IMG/VR virus record: IMGVR_UViG_3300027683_000007
Location: 1 to 47,457 of that record
Strand: one strand, 5' to 3'
DNA: 47,457 nucleotides
From: a virus
Taxonomy: Duplodnaviria; Caudoviricetes
In this document: in pieces, positions 1 to 8,182 of the stretch
How positions within the stretch are numbered: position 1 is the first letter of the stretch
Layout: each line of letters begins with the position of its first letter
The notes under the pieces: model-generated
What the model was told of the DNA's origin: nothing
Seen by the model: only the letters and a program-made list of their open reading frames with translations
Database searches by the model: none
Translations under genes and position numbers: made by a program

Positions 1-145
1 AAAAAAAAAAAAAAATGAGAGGTAGGCAATTGAATGACACTATATAGTCATAAACAACCATAAATGATATAAATGATTATAGTTATTGAATAGTAATAGT
101 TATTAATAGTGGATAAGTTGATTAAATTTTTTAATTAACTATTAA
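1..145. repeat. Terminal direct repeat / circular overlap, left copy
   Basis: 1-145 matches 47313-47457 except G19 versus T47331; starts inside a poly(A) tract. Confidence 0.95.
117..139. repeat. 23-bp dispersed palindrome copy (duplicated at 47429-47451)
   Basis: GTTGATTAAATTTTTTAATTAAC. Confidence 0.9.
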
Positions 146-168
146 GATTGTGAAAAGGAGGAGGAAGA

Positions 169-1110
169 ATGAGCAAGTGGAAGATAGGAGAAGGGTATAA
201 GGAAGATAGTACAAGAGGATGGGCTTTGATGATACCGAAGAGGTATAAAGATGATACACTAGTACAAACATGGGTGCAGAGGACGAAGCTTGCGAGTATA
301 GTATCGGCGATGAGTGATAGGACTAGGCCTAGGTCAATGAGTGAAGTGCTTAGATGGTGTATAGATAATACGTATGAGCAGTTATTGAGGAATGGAGAGG
401 TTAAGGAATTTTCTATTCAACTAGCTACTGATTATCTCCAGTCGATGTTTAGGATAGATCTAAATCCAGGAGATAAGGGTAAAAGGAACTTGTTACATAA
501 TCTAGTATTGGAAGATAGAGAGAATGAAGCCAAGGCAAAGTTGAGAAAGCCTATTGAGACAGTAGATAGGTGTGAAGTGAGTGAAGATGATCCTTGGGTG
601 AAGATAGCTAGGGATAAGATGAAGGAGGTAAAGGAAGCACAGGAAAGAGCGAAGATAGACTTCAGTGTGCCAGAGAAGAATCCAATCTTTGCTCAACCTA
701 AAGCTAAAGTACTTTCACAGTTCGCTAAGCCTGATGGAAGTGTGGATTATGATAAGTTGAATGAAGCTAGGTTGAAAGCACAAGCTGAGTATGAGAGTAG
801 ATTGGAGAGTAAAAAGATGCAGGATAAGATAGCTGAGAAGATGGAGAGGAAGAGAATTAAAGATGAAGAGAAGAGAGCAGAGAGGGAAGCTGAGTTGTTA
901 GCTAAGTTGGCTATTCTTAGAGGAAGTAGTTATAAATTGACAGAAGTTGAATCTATGGATTTTAAGAAAGATAGGAAAAATAGTAATGATGAGAAGATTA
1001 GACCTAAGAGTGAGGAGGAGATAGATAAAGAATTTGAAAGGATTAAGAAGAAAGATCAGGAGTTATTCGATGCGCTTAATGGTCCTGCGCCTGAGCCTCC
1101 AGTTGATTAA
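169..1110 (+). CDS. Putative ribbon-helix-helix DNA-binding protein with long charged coiled-coil tail
   Basis: RBS AGGAGGAGG; TLVQTWV-helix-RSMSEVLRWCID has the RHH pattern; K/E/R-rich C-terminal half; flanked by 23-bp palindromes. Confidence 0.5.
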   Translation: MSKWKIGEGYKEDSTRGWALMIPKRYKDDTLVQTWVQRTKLASIVSAMSDRTRPRSMSEVLRWCIDNTYEQLLRNGEVKEFSIQLATDYLQSMFRIDLNPGDKGKRNLLHNLVLEDRENEAKAKLRKPIETVDRCEVSEDDPWVKIARDKMKEVKEAQERAKIDFSVPEKNPIFAQPKAKVLSQFAKPDGSVDYDKLNEARLKAQAEYESRLESKKMQDKIAEKMERKRIKDEEKRAEREAELLAKLAILRGSSYKLTEVESMDFKKDRKNSNDEKIRPKSEEEIDKEFERIKKKDQELFDALNGPAPEPPVD

Positions 1111-1124
1111 ATTTTTTAATTGAC
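1102..1124. repeat. 23-bp dispersed palindrome copy
   Basis: GTTGATTAAATTTTTTAATTGAC; contains a stop codon. Confidence 0.9.
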
Positions 1125-1165
1125 TTTAAATCAAACTGTAAATGCGAAGAGGAGGAATCAACTTA

Positions 1166-1194
1166 TTGACAACGTATGTTAGATATGATACGTT
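1166..1194 (+). promoter_or_regulatory. sigma70-type promoter
   Basis: TTGACA (1166)-17 bp-TACGTT (1189), preceded by extended TG. Confidence 0.5.
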
Positions 1195-1241
1195 TCGGAT
1201 AATGGGGAGGGTTTTCGGTAGTTTGGAATGAACTTAAAAAT

Positions 1242-1496
1242 ATGGAGGAGGGAACTATGGAAGCACATCAGTCAACTAAATTGTTTAAGTCGATGATGAA
1301 AGCACAAAAGGAAATGCTTCGTATCTATAAGTATTATAGAGCGAGTAATGAAGTTCTAAAGCTCTTCAATGCTGAAGCTGCATTACTTGGCCTGCAAAGC
1401 GTTGATGACAAAGAGATATTATCTGACCTAACTATCGCTAAAATGATGGCTGATAGAGTTAGAGAAATATTAACTATCGAAAGCGGATTGGAGTAA
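1242..1496 (+). CDS. Hypothetical protein (start probably the second ATG)
   Basis: ORF; GGAGG precedes the MEAHQ start. Confidence 0.65.
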   Translation: MEEGTMEAHQSTKLFKSMMKAQKEMLRIYKYYRASNEVLKLFNAEAALLGLQSVDDKEILSDLTIAKMMADRVREILTIESGLE

Positions 1497-1499
1497 ACT

Positions 1500-1655
1500 A
1501 TGAATGAGCTGACTAAAGTAGTTATAACAATGACTATGACCATCAAGGATAATAGAGTCCTAGTTAGTGTCAAAAGTGATGATATTCAACTATCAAAGGA
1601 TGATGTTAAAGCTATTGGTGATGTACTAATTAAACAACTAACTGTAAAGGGATAA
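1500..1655 (+). CDS. Hypothetical protein, 51 aa (MNELTKVVIT...)
   Basis: Read manually; GGAG RBS; fills the gap between neighbouring ORFs. Confidence 0.55.
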   Translation: MNELTKVVITMTMTIKDNRVLVSVKSDDIQLSKDDVKAIGDVLIKQLTVKG

Positions 1656-1693
1656 ATACTATATCAATATGATACCTACTATGGAGGTGTTAA

Positions 1694-2041
1694 ATGAGTA
1701 GATACCACGCTTTGATAGTGGCAAATGAAAAGAGACGCATTAATGAAGATGAGTTTGAAGAATTGTGGGACGAAGGCTACCTTACAGCATTAGCGAACTA
1801 CTCACTAATTACCGAAGATGAATTTGAAGAATTGATGAGAGTAGTAAAGAATAAAAAAGATATAAAGTATGTGAATGAGCAGGATAAAGAGAGATGGAAT
1901 ACTATGATAAAGTGGAGATCTCGTATTATTACACTCATCGAGTTAAAGACTGGAAAACTTCCAACTTTAGAATGGAACTTGGTTTCTGATAGTGACCTGG
2001 TTAAGATTGGAGAAGCATTTGGAATAGCTACAAGTTTATAA
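1694..2041 (+). CDS. Hypothetical protein
   Basis: GGAGGT RBS, 115-aa ORF. Confidence 0.7.
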   Translation: MSRYHALIVANEKRRINEDEFEELWDEGYLTALANYSLITEDEFEELMRVVKNKKDIKYVNEQDKERWNTMIKWRSRIITLIELKTGKLPTLEWNLVSDSDLVKIGEAFGIATSL

Positions 2042-2071
2042 TAACTACTAACCCATGGAAGGAGAACTTAT

Positions 2072-2353
2072 ATGAATGATTCTGTAAAAGTCCTCAGTGA
2101 TGGAATGGCAGATTTAAGGAAAGAACTAATTAACCTTAAGAACCAAATGGATGGGTTAAAGCAGGTGTATTTAAAGCTTGAGCAAGAATACTTAACCAAA
2201 CGAGCTAGATATGAAGTCATTGATAGGCAATGGGCGGAGAGAGACGGAAGACTAAAGGTTTCAAAAGTGTCTAAAGAGAAACCGAAAGAAGAAAAAGCAC
2301 TCACTCCTGAACAGTTGTCTAATCTGATAGCTGAACTGGAAGATATGGTATGA
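2072..2353 (+). CDS. Hypothetical coiled-coil protein
   Basis: AAGGAG RBS; heptad pattern. Confidence 0.7.
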   Translation: MNDSVKVLSDGMADLRKELINLKNQMDGLKQVYLKLEQEYLTKRARYEVIDRQWAERDGRLKVSKVSKEKPKEEKALTPEQLSNLIAELEDMV

Positions 2354-2505
2354 ATAAGACATACTGTGATATCTGCCATACTTTCGACTATGGAGATCTT
2401 AGGATCTATGCCGGTATGTACCTATGCCATACATGCTATAGAGAAGCTCTAAACCATGAGCAGGAGGTAAGTGATTATGAGTTACCTGAAGAAGAAGATT
2501 ATTAA
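2350..2505 (+). CDS. Small Zn-finger protein, 51 aa (CDIC...CHTC)
   Basis: Read manually; ATGA overlap with the upstream stop; two CxxC pairs. Confidence 0.6.
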   Translation: MNKTYCDICHTFDYGDLRIYAGMYLCHTCYREALNHEQEVSDYELPEEEDY

Positions 2506-2617
2506 AAAATTTAATGGACTTGATATAGAACTTGCTTCATTCTCACTATTTATCGCTTCTTTATTATTCTGTCTGACAATGGCGATAGAGTGGATAACTT
2601 ACTTTATTAACAAATAA
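2477..2617 (+). CDS. Small membrane protein, 46 aa
   Basis: Read manually; AGGAGGT RBS; hydrophobic segment LASFSLFIASLLFCLTMAI. Confidence 0.5.
   Translation: MSYLKKKIIKKFNGLDIELASFSLFIASLLFCLTMAIEWITYFINK
2497..2519. repeat. 23-bp dispersed palindrome copy
   Basis: GATTATTAAAAAATTTAATGGAC. Confidence 0.8.
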
Positions 2618-2640
2618 GTGTATTAAATTTTTTAATAATC
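2618..2640. repeat. 23-bp dispersed palindrome copy
   Basis: GTGTATTAAATTTTTTAATAATC. Confidence 0.8.
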
Positions 2641-2650
2641 TGGAGGTACA

Positions 2651-2911
2651 ATGGACTACAATAGAATCTCAGTCGGCTACTGCAGTAGGTGCTTTACTCA
2701 AGATCATTTAACAATCTATCATAATTTATATCTATGCAGATCTTGCTATAAAATATTTAAAGAAGCAGAGAAGGGAGTTATAATAAAGAAGAACAAGAAT
2801 AAAGATAAAGATGATCGTATAAACCTAACAGACTTATGTCTACGGACTGTAGCCTCACTCATATTATGTTATATAATTATAAGCTGGATAATTTATATAT
2901 TTAAGGTCTAA
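2651..2911 (+). CDS. Zn-finger protein with C-terminal transmembrane helix
   Basis: CSRC...CRSC; hydrophobic C-terminus; GGAGGT RBS. Confidence 0.6.
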   Translation: MDYNRISVGYCSRCFTQDHLTIYHNLYLCRSCYKIFKEAEKGVIIKKNKNKDKDDRINLTDLCLRTVASLILCYIIISWIIYIFKV

Positions 2912-2934
2912 TCTATACACATAAGGAGATATCT

Positions 2935-3336
2935 ATGCAAACTTTTCTACCATACCCAGATATAACAAAAAGTGTTCTATGCCTAGACTATGTACTCCTT
3001 GGGGAACAGAGAGTAGACGCCAGAAAGATCTATGACACTATAACTGGTAAATCTGACAACTGGAAGCTCCACCCAGCAGTTCGTATGTGGACTGGATATG
3101 AAGACTGCCTAGCTGTATATCATAATCTATGTATTAGTAGATTTGTACTGCAAGGCTTTACCAACTTCATGCCTTATATTATTCTACAAAAAGCTAACAT
3201 AGCCTCTCCTCCATGGCTTGGGTTATCTGAGTTCCACGCATCTCATCGTAGCAACTTACTTCGTAAAGACCTTATTTACTATTCCAAGTTTAATTGGAAA
3301 GAGGCTGATAATCTACCTTATATATGGCCAGTGTAA
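2935..3336 (+). CDS. Pyrimidine-dimer DNA glycosylase-like protein (MSMEG_6728 family)
   Basis: MQTFLPYPD, HPAVRMWTGYE, PPWLG...FHASHRSNLLRKD, LPYIWPV. Confidence 0.8.
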   Translation: MQTFLPYPDITKSVLCLDYVLLGEQRVDARKIYDTITGKSDNWKLHPAVRMWTGYEDCLAVYHNLCISRFVLQGFTNFMPYIILQKANIASPPWLGLSEFHASHRSNLLRKDLIYYSKFNWKEADNLPYIWPV

Positions 3337-3357
3337 ATAATAACCTTGGATTAATAG

Positions 3358-3588
3358 GTGCTAACCATGGATAAAGATGTCAAGTGGGCTTTGAGAACTA
3401 TCCTAAGTGATCATGTACACTATGAAACTACTCTAAATTGGGCAGTTAATTATACAAGAAGAGCTATTCTAATGAATGATGGAGAAGATCTAAAAACTCA
3501 ACTCACCTATATCCTATGCAATCTAAACTCTTGGCGACATAGAGATGCATACAAGGTAAGGAAGATTCTAAGAGACGCTTGTAAATAA
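3358..3588 (+). CDS. Hypothetical protein
   Basis: 76-aa ORF; start may be ATG 3367. Confidence 0.6.
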   Translation: MLTMDKDVKWALRTILSDHVHYETTLNWAVNYTRRAILMNDGEDLKTQLTYILCNLNSWRHRDAYKVRKILRDACK

Positions 3589-3637
3589 CAAATAGTAGTA
3601 AATGCTAACCCTGGGATTAATTGGACGGAGATATAAA

Positions 3638-3666
3638 TTGACTTCATTCCTATCTTATTATATCAT
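3638..3666 (+). promoter_or_regulatory. sigma70-type promoter
   Basis: TTGACT-17 bp-TATCAT. Confidence 0.65.
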
Positions 3667-3732
3667 TAATTTAAATTAGCCATGGTGGCTATGTAGCAGA
3701 AGTATAAATCTATTAAAGAAAGGAAGAGGAAG

Positions 3733-4119
3733 ATGAAGAAAGCTCAAGTAAGCGCACTCGTTCCAGAGAAGAAAGATTCAAAAGGCGTTGTTACCTCACC
3801 TCAGCTCGGTCCTGTGACTGTCGAAGTGGATTTCGGAGAAACTGCGGCTGAGTCCATCAAGCTGTTCGGAGATGAAGCGGTCAATTCCAATGCTATGGCT
3901 AACTGGCGCGTGACTCTCCAAGCTAACATTCGTGGAGCCCTCAAGCGCGGAGAACAGCCCAACGCTATCCAAGCCCGTCTCGGATCAGCCAAGATGGGTG
4001 TGGCTGTGCAGTCAGGCAAGATCGATGCGGAATCTGCGTTCAAAGCCAAGTTCCTCGCTGCAACTCCTGATGATCGGAAGAAGATGATCGCTCAACTTCG
4101 CGAACTCGCTGGAGGTTAA
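3733..4119 (+). CDS. Hypothetical protein, probably abundant and monocistronic
   Basis: Own promoter and terminator; C-ending codon bias like the capsid gene. Confidence 0.8.
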   Translation: MKKAQVSALVPEKKDSKGVVTSPQLGPVTVEVDFGETAAESIKLFGDEAVNSNAMANWRVTLQANIRGALKRGEQPNAIQARLGSAKMGVAVQSGKIDAESAFKAKFLAATPDDRKKMIAQLRELAGG

Positions 4120-4139
4120 CACTTTCACAATCATCGGCT

Positions 4140-4195
4140 AGCCCTCGAGGATCTAAGAAGTTTAAATTAGGAGTTGGGTCTTCGAGGGCTTTGTT
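4140..4195 (+). terminator. Intrinsic terminator
   Basis: AGCCCTCGAGGATCTAA pairs with TTGGGTCTTCGAGGGCT using G-U pairs on the + RNA, followed by a short T-rich tail (TTGTT). Confidence 0.65.
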
Positions 4196-4232
4196 AGCAC
4201 TCTAAATGTTCATGTTTGTAGTTTGATTATAA

Positions 4233-4255
4233 GTTGATTAAATTTTTTAATGGTC
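4233..4255. repeat. 23-bp dispersed palindrome copy
   Basis: GTTGATTAAATTTTTTAATGGTC. Confidence 0.85.
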
Positions 4256-4275
4256 TCAGTATAAGGAGAAAAAGC

Positions 4276-5127
4276 ATGTCTTTCAAAAATATTATGAAAT
4301 TCTATCCATTTGAAGAGTCTAGATTATCAAGATGGCAACCTCCTTACATCATCCAGCCTAAGTACGACGGGATACGTTGTAGAGCTATCCCTTCACTCAC
4401 TCAAGTTGATAACAACTATATGTTGGTCTCAAGTGATGAAAACATCATCTACTCTGTACCTCACATCAACAAAGCCTTATCATCTATAAGACTTCAAGCC
4501 GAGCTTGACGGTGAGCTCTATATCCACAGAGAGTCATTTGAGACTATTCAATCTATCACTTCCCGGACTGTTCATATGCATCCTGACTATGAAAGGATTG
4601 AATTTCATATCTTTGACATAGTCAATGAACTACCTCAGATGAAACGTACAGTTTTAATTGAAAATCTTCGCAACATACATCCTTCGATAAAAATCTCACC
4701 TTTCTATCTCTGTGAATCTTTAGAAGAAATCATGAAGACCTTTGATAAAATAATTAATCAAGGGTATGAAGGGATCATAGTCCGTAACTTCGAAGCTCCC
4801 TATGAACGTAAGCGATCTATATGGGGAATGAAGTTCAAACCAAAGAAGTCGGATTACTATAAGATCATAGGGTGTGTCGAAGAAGTATCACAAGATGGTA
4901 TACCAAAAGATCGTCTCGGAGCGCTGATCTGTGAAAGTGGTGATGGTAACTCTTTTAATGTTGGGACTGGATTCTCTGAAGATGTCCGTAAAAAACTGTG
5001 GTATATAAGAGATATGCTTCCTAGCATGTTCTGTAAGATTAAATACCAGCATATTACAAGTAAACGCAAAGTTCCAAGATTCCCAGTATATGTTGAATTA
5101 TCTGAGGTTAATCCAGAAGTCAATTAA
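4276..5127 (+). CDS. ATP-dependent DNA ligase
   Basis: KYDGIR, ELDGELY, FHIFD, EGIIVR, KFKP motifs and OB fold (VGTGFS, PRFPVY); AAGGAG before ATG 4276. Confidence 0.92.
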   Translation: MSFKNIMKFYPFEESRLSRWQPPYIIQPKYDGIRCRAIPSLTQVDNNYMLVSSDENIIYSVPHINKALSSIRLQAELDGELYIHRESFETIQSITSRTVHMHPDYERIEFHIFDIVNELPQMKRTVLIENLRNIHPSIKISPFYLCESLEEIMKTFDKIINQGYEGIIVRNFEAPYERKRSIWGMKFKPKKSDYYKIIGCVEEVSQDGIPKDRLGALICESGDGNSFNVGTGFSEDVRKKLWYIRDMLPSMFCKIKYQHITSKRKVPRFPVYVELSEVNPEVN

Positions 5128-5141
5128 ATTTTTTAATCAAC
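5119..5141. repeat. 23-bp dispersed palindrome copy
   Basis: GTCAATTAAATTTTTTAATCAAC; contains the ligase stop. Confidence 0.9.
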
Positions 5142-5160
5142 TGATGAAAGGAAAACTAAC

Positions 5161-5490
5161 ATGAAGTACTCAAAAACATTCTATGTGGCAGGAGTGAAGT
5201 TTCATAAGCTAAACACAGTCATAGATGAGATACTTGATGGACAGTATCTTGAGATGGTGAAGGAGCCGACTAATAAATATGACAATAAAGCTATCAAATT
5301 AATCTATCCATCTCACACTTTTAACGAGAAAGTGATGGTCGGCTATGTACCAGCAAAGTATGCTGCCGAAATCACAGCCCTATCGGAGAAAGAAAATCTT
5401 GTCTGTGAGATTATAAAAGTTGATGCAAGTGGTGAACTTTGGAAGGCACTTAAAGTGTCTATCTATTCAGATGACATAAATAAGGAGTAA
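5161..5490 (+). CDS. HIRAN-domain protein
   Basis: FYVAGVKFH, EPTNKYDNKAIK, VGYVP. Confidence 0.8.
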   Translation: MKYSKTFYVAGVKFHKLNTVIDEILDGQYLEMVKEPTNKYDNKAIKLIYPSHTFNEKVMVGYVPAKYAAEITALSEKENLVCEIIKVDASGELWKALKVSIYSDDINKE

Positions 5491-5503
5491 TTACAGAGGT
5501 AAT

Positions 5504-5875
5504 ATGGCTAAGAAATTTTTCTACTGTGAGCATTGTGGAACAGAGCTAGTCTACAGACGAAGGGCTTTGAGAAATAAAGGGATTATAGTCGACACTATTG
5601 ATCTCCATGAGTGTAATATGGCTAATCTGTCAAATATCAAAGATATAGAAAAGCCAAAGGATCCTATCCAAAAAGAGCACGAGGAATCCTTACGCAAGCC
5701 AAGAAATATAGACCAGACTCTCTTTGACTCTCCTGCTCTTATGGATTTTAGAGATTCAAAGGATAAGAAAGCCCTGTCTTCGTCTGCACCTACTTCGCTT
5801 TTAAATTCTATGAGATCAATGAGAGGTACTCCACCTACTAATAATTTCAATGATCTCGATGATAAAGGAGAATAA
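5504..5875 (+). CDS. Hypothetical protein with N-terminal Zn ribbon
   Basis: YCEHCG...HEC; GAGGT RBS. Confidence 0.65.
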   Translation: MAKKFFYCEHCGTELVYRRRALRNKGIIVDTIDLHECNMANLSNIKDIEKPKDPIQKEHEESLRKPRNIDQTLFDSPALMDFRDSKDKKALSSSAPTSLLNSMRSMRGTPPTNNFNDLDDKGE

Positions 5876-5876
5876 A

Positions 5877-6179
5877 GTGGAAAGAAATCGAGTCTTCATT
5901 GTTAATAAGAGTGCACATGACTTTAGTGATGCAGAGAGATTTGGGACTCTTGTCTTCATCACTGAAGGTAAACTGAATCGATTCTCAGCTAATGACATGC
6001 ATAGACAAGCTGCACTGGTATTCGCTGAGTCTGTATCTACTATACATGATTACATAGTCCCATGCTCTTTAAACGTACTCAACAGTATTGTCTGTGCAAC
6101 TTTTGCATGCAAGCATGGAAGGTTAAACTTGCTTCTGTTTAAGCAGGGAAAGTATATTGAAAGAAATATTATATTCTAA
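5877..6179 (+). CDS. Hypothetical alpha/beta phage protein
   Basis: AAGGAG before GTG 5877, within ORF 5850-6179. Confidence 0.65.
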   Translation: MERNRVFIVNKSAHDFSDAERFGTLVFITEGKLNRFSANDMHRQAALVFAESVSTIHDYIVPCSLNVLNSIVCATFACKHGRLNLLLFKQGKYIERNIIF

Positions 6180-6484
6180 TGGCAAGATTTACTCCAAAAC
6201 CACCTAGATACGATGATGTTTACTTTGAGGGTACGGCTAAGTTAGATAAACTAGCTGGATTTGAACCTAATGATGAGGGAGGAAAAATGACAGTTACTCC
6301 AGTAGAAAGTACCAAAGCGTATATAGGTGACTCTATCTACATAGAGTTTGTCGATGGAGACTTCATAATGACAACTGAGAATGGAGTCCCAGAAGATCCA
6401 TCTAACGTCATCTGGCTAAGCGTTGAGTCTATAATTTCATTAATGAGATATCTTAGTAAGTATATTAAACTCCCACAAAGGTAG
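6179..6484 (+). CDS. Hypothetical protein (alternative start 6287)
   Basis: ORF; internal GGAGG RBS before MTVTP. Confidence 0.6.
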   Translation: MARFTPKPPRYDDVYFEGTAKLDKLAGFEPNDEGGKMTVTPVESTKAYIGDSIYIEFVDGDFIMTTENGVPEDPSNVIWLSVESIISLMRYLSKYIKLPQR

Positions 6485-6501
6485 TCTAAATCAAACAATG
6501 A

Positions 6502-6524
6502 GTTAATTAAATTTTTTAACCAAC
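6502..6524. repeat. 23-bp dispersed palindrome copy
   Basis: GTTAATTAAATTTTTTAACCAAC. Confidence 0.9.
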
Positions 6525-6537
6525 TGGAGATCAAGTA

Positions 6538-6855
6538 ATGACTATCTCAGAAAGAACACTAAAAGAATGGCGTAGACAAGCATTAACAGAAATTAACTCA
6601 ATGAAACAGGCTATGACTCCTAACAATCAAAGACTGGAAGCCTGCGAGAGAATCTTAAAACTTACACAAGAACTCCTTGACCATGCCTTGATAAGTAAGT
6701 CAAACTTCAATATTCAATCTACAAAGTTGGCCAAAGCGTTTGTAAAACTTGAAGATACTAGTAATACTCAGGTAACGGAGAAAGTCGAATGGAGATCTGA
6801 GATGCCTGCTCATGATCTTTGGTATAGTGTCTTAACAAAAAAGAATGGAGTCTAA
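6538..6855 (+). CDS. Hypothetical protein
   Basis: GGAG RBS; C-terminus contains a duplicated piece of the next gene. Confidence 0.65.
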   Translation: MTISERTLKEWRRQALTEINSMKQAMTPNNQRLEACERILKLTQELLDHALISKSNFNIQSTKLAKAFVKLEDTSNTQVTEKVEWRSEMPAHDLWYSVLTKKNGV

Positions 6856-6993
6856 CAATGGATATCCAGCCAAAGACAACTTGGAATATCATTGACTCAT
6901 CCAAACTAGAGACATTCGAAACTTGTAATCGTAAGTTCTTCTACGAATACATTCTCGGATGGAGATCTGAGATGCCTGCTCATGATCTTTGGT
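6789..6993 (+). repeat. Exact 35-bp direct repeat (6789-6823 and 6959-6993)
   Basis: ATGGAGATCTGAGATGCCTGCTCATGATCTTTGGT occurs twice, 170 bp apart. Confidence 0.95.
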
Positions 6994-7826
6994 TTGGAGA
7001 ATGCTGGCATAGAGCTAGGGAATTTCAACTCATTCACGGTTATGATAAGTTCTACGAAGCCTTTGCTATATTTGAAGATGCCTATCGTGAAAAGTTCCCA
7101 TCTGATACGGATGAGCTATACAGGCCCAAAGATCCATTTGCTGTCTTAGTTGCACTTGAACAGTTTAACAACCAAAGATCAAGTGATCTCACTGAGAACA
7201 CAGTACTACTAACCGAAACCTCCGGCACTGTCCCTATTAATACAAAAGGACGACGTCTCCACTATCGTATGGACTCAGTGATAATGAGGAGAGAAGATGA
7301 AAAGATCTTCTCTTGGGACCATAAATCTAAAAAGAGAGCATTCACTCGACAGTGGTCTGAGAAGTTTCAACTATCTATCCAAAATGGCACCTATACTCAC
7401 TGTATGTACTGTATGTATCCTATAGACAGAGTCCTTGGTGTAGAGTTCTGTGGGACTTCCTTCGAATACCTTGATCGAGGGTCTAAGAAGCGTCCTGCAG
7501 GATATCATGTTAACTTCCTCCGTGTCCCTGCATTCAAAAGTCCTGATCAAATGAACTCTTGGCTCTGGACAGTGAATGATCTCTACTCAGATGTTGAGAG
7601 GGAAATGGATCGTCTATTTCACTGCACTGAGAATGACGAAGTGCTGATGGCATTTCCTATGAGAGATACTTCATGTACTAACTACTTCGGCTGTATCTAC
7701 CATGACTTCTGTATCTCTTGGCAGAATCCACTTAGGCGCTGTGGTAGTGCTCCTCTTGGATTTATCGAAGAACATTGGGATCCTAGGGAGATGCAAACTA
7801 CAAATAAAAAAGATCTAGAGTGGTAA
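6858..7826 (+). CDS. PD-(D/E)XK exonuclease, Cas4/AddB-like with probable Fe-S cluster
   Basis: SSKLETFETC, FGECWH, RMD...DHK, Q-x-x-x-Y, three C-terminal Cys. Confidence 0.85.
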   Translation: MDIQPKTTWNIIDSSKLETFETCNRKFFYEYILGWRSEMPAHDLWFGECWHRAREFQLIHGYDKFYEAFAIFEDAYREKFPSDTDELYRPKDPFAVLVALEQFNNQRSSDLTENTVLLTETSGTVPINTKGRRLHYRMDSVIMRREDEKIFSWDHKSKKRAFTRQWSEKFQLSIQNGTYTHCMYCMYPIDRVLGVEFCGTSFEYLDRGSKKRPAGYHVNFLRVPAFKSPDQMNSWLWTVNDLYSDVEREMDRLFHCTENDEVLMAFPMRDTSCTNYFGCIYHDFCISWQNPLRRCGSAPLGFIEEHWDPREMQTTNKKDLEW

Positions 7827-7831
7827 CTATC

Positions 7832-8182
7832 ATGAACAATGAGCGCCCTGTAGCACTACCTTCCTACACCACTAAAGTCCCAACTGGGTATGGAAGTCTT
7901 TATGTAACTATCACTGAACTAGATGGAAAGCCTTTTGAGGTTTTCTGCTCAATAGGAAAGAGTGGTGCATCTATCATGGCCAAGGCTGAGGTTACAGGAC
8001 GCTTATCATCTCTCGCACTACGCTACGGAGTACCTGTAGAAAAGGTAATCGAACAACTAATAAATATCTCAGGAAGTGAAACTAGGGCATGGAAAGATAC
8101 TATAATTAAATCTATTCCTGATGCAGTGGGTAAAGTTCTTCAAGAAAGATACTGTATAAATATAGAGGTAAAGAATGACTAA
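7832..8182 (+). CDS. TSCPD-domain protein (like the class II ribonucleotide reductase C-terminal domain)
   Basis: TGYGSLYVTI, PFEVF-GKSG, RLSSLALRYG, SIPDAVG. Confidence 0.8.
   Translation: MNNERPVALPSYTTKVPTGYGSLYVTITELDGKPFEVFCSIGKSGASIMAKAEVTGRLSSLALRYGVPVEKVIEQLINISGSETRAWKDTIIKSIPDAVGKVLQERYCINIEVKND

Noticed and set aside
1-145. Terminal repeat as the biological direct terminal repeat
   Set aside because: It begins inside a homopolymer where assemblers break, and its length is near common k-mer sizes; more likely a circular overlap
6789-6993. 35-bp repeat as a DGR template/variable pair
   Set aside because: The copies are identical with no adenine-specific differences, they are too short, and no reverse transcriptase is present
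6858-7826. Cas4-like gene as evidence of a CRISPR-Cas system
   Set aside because: It sits in a typical exonuclease-Sak4-SSB recombination module, with no cas1/cas2 or array
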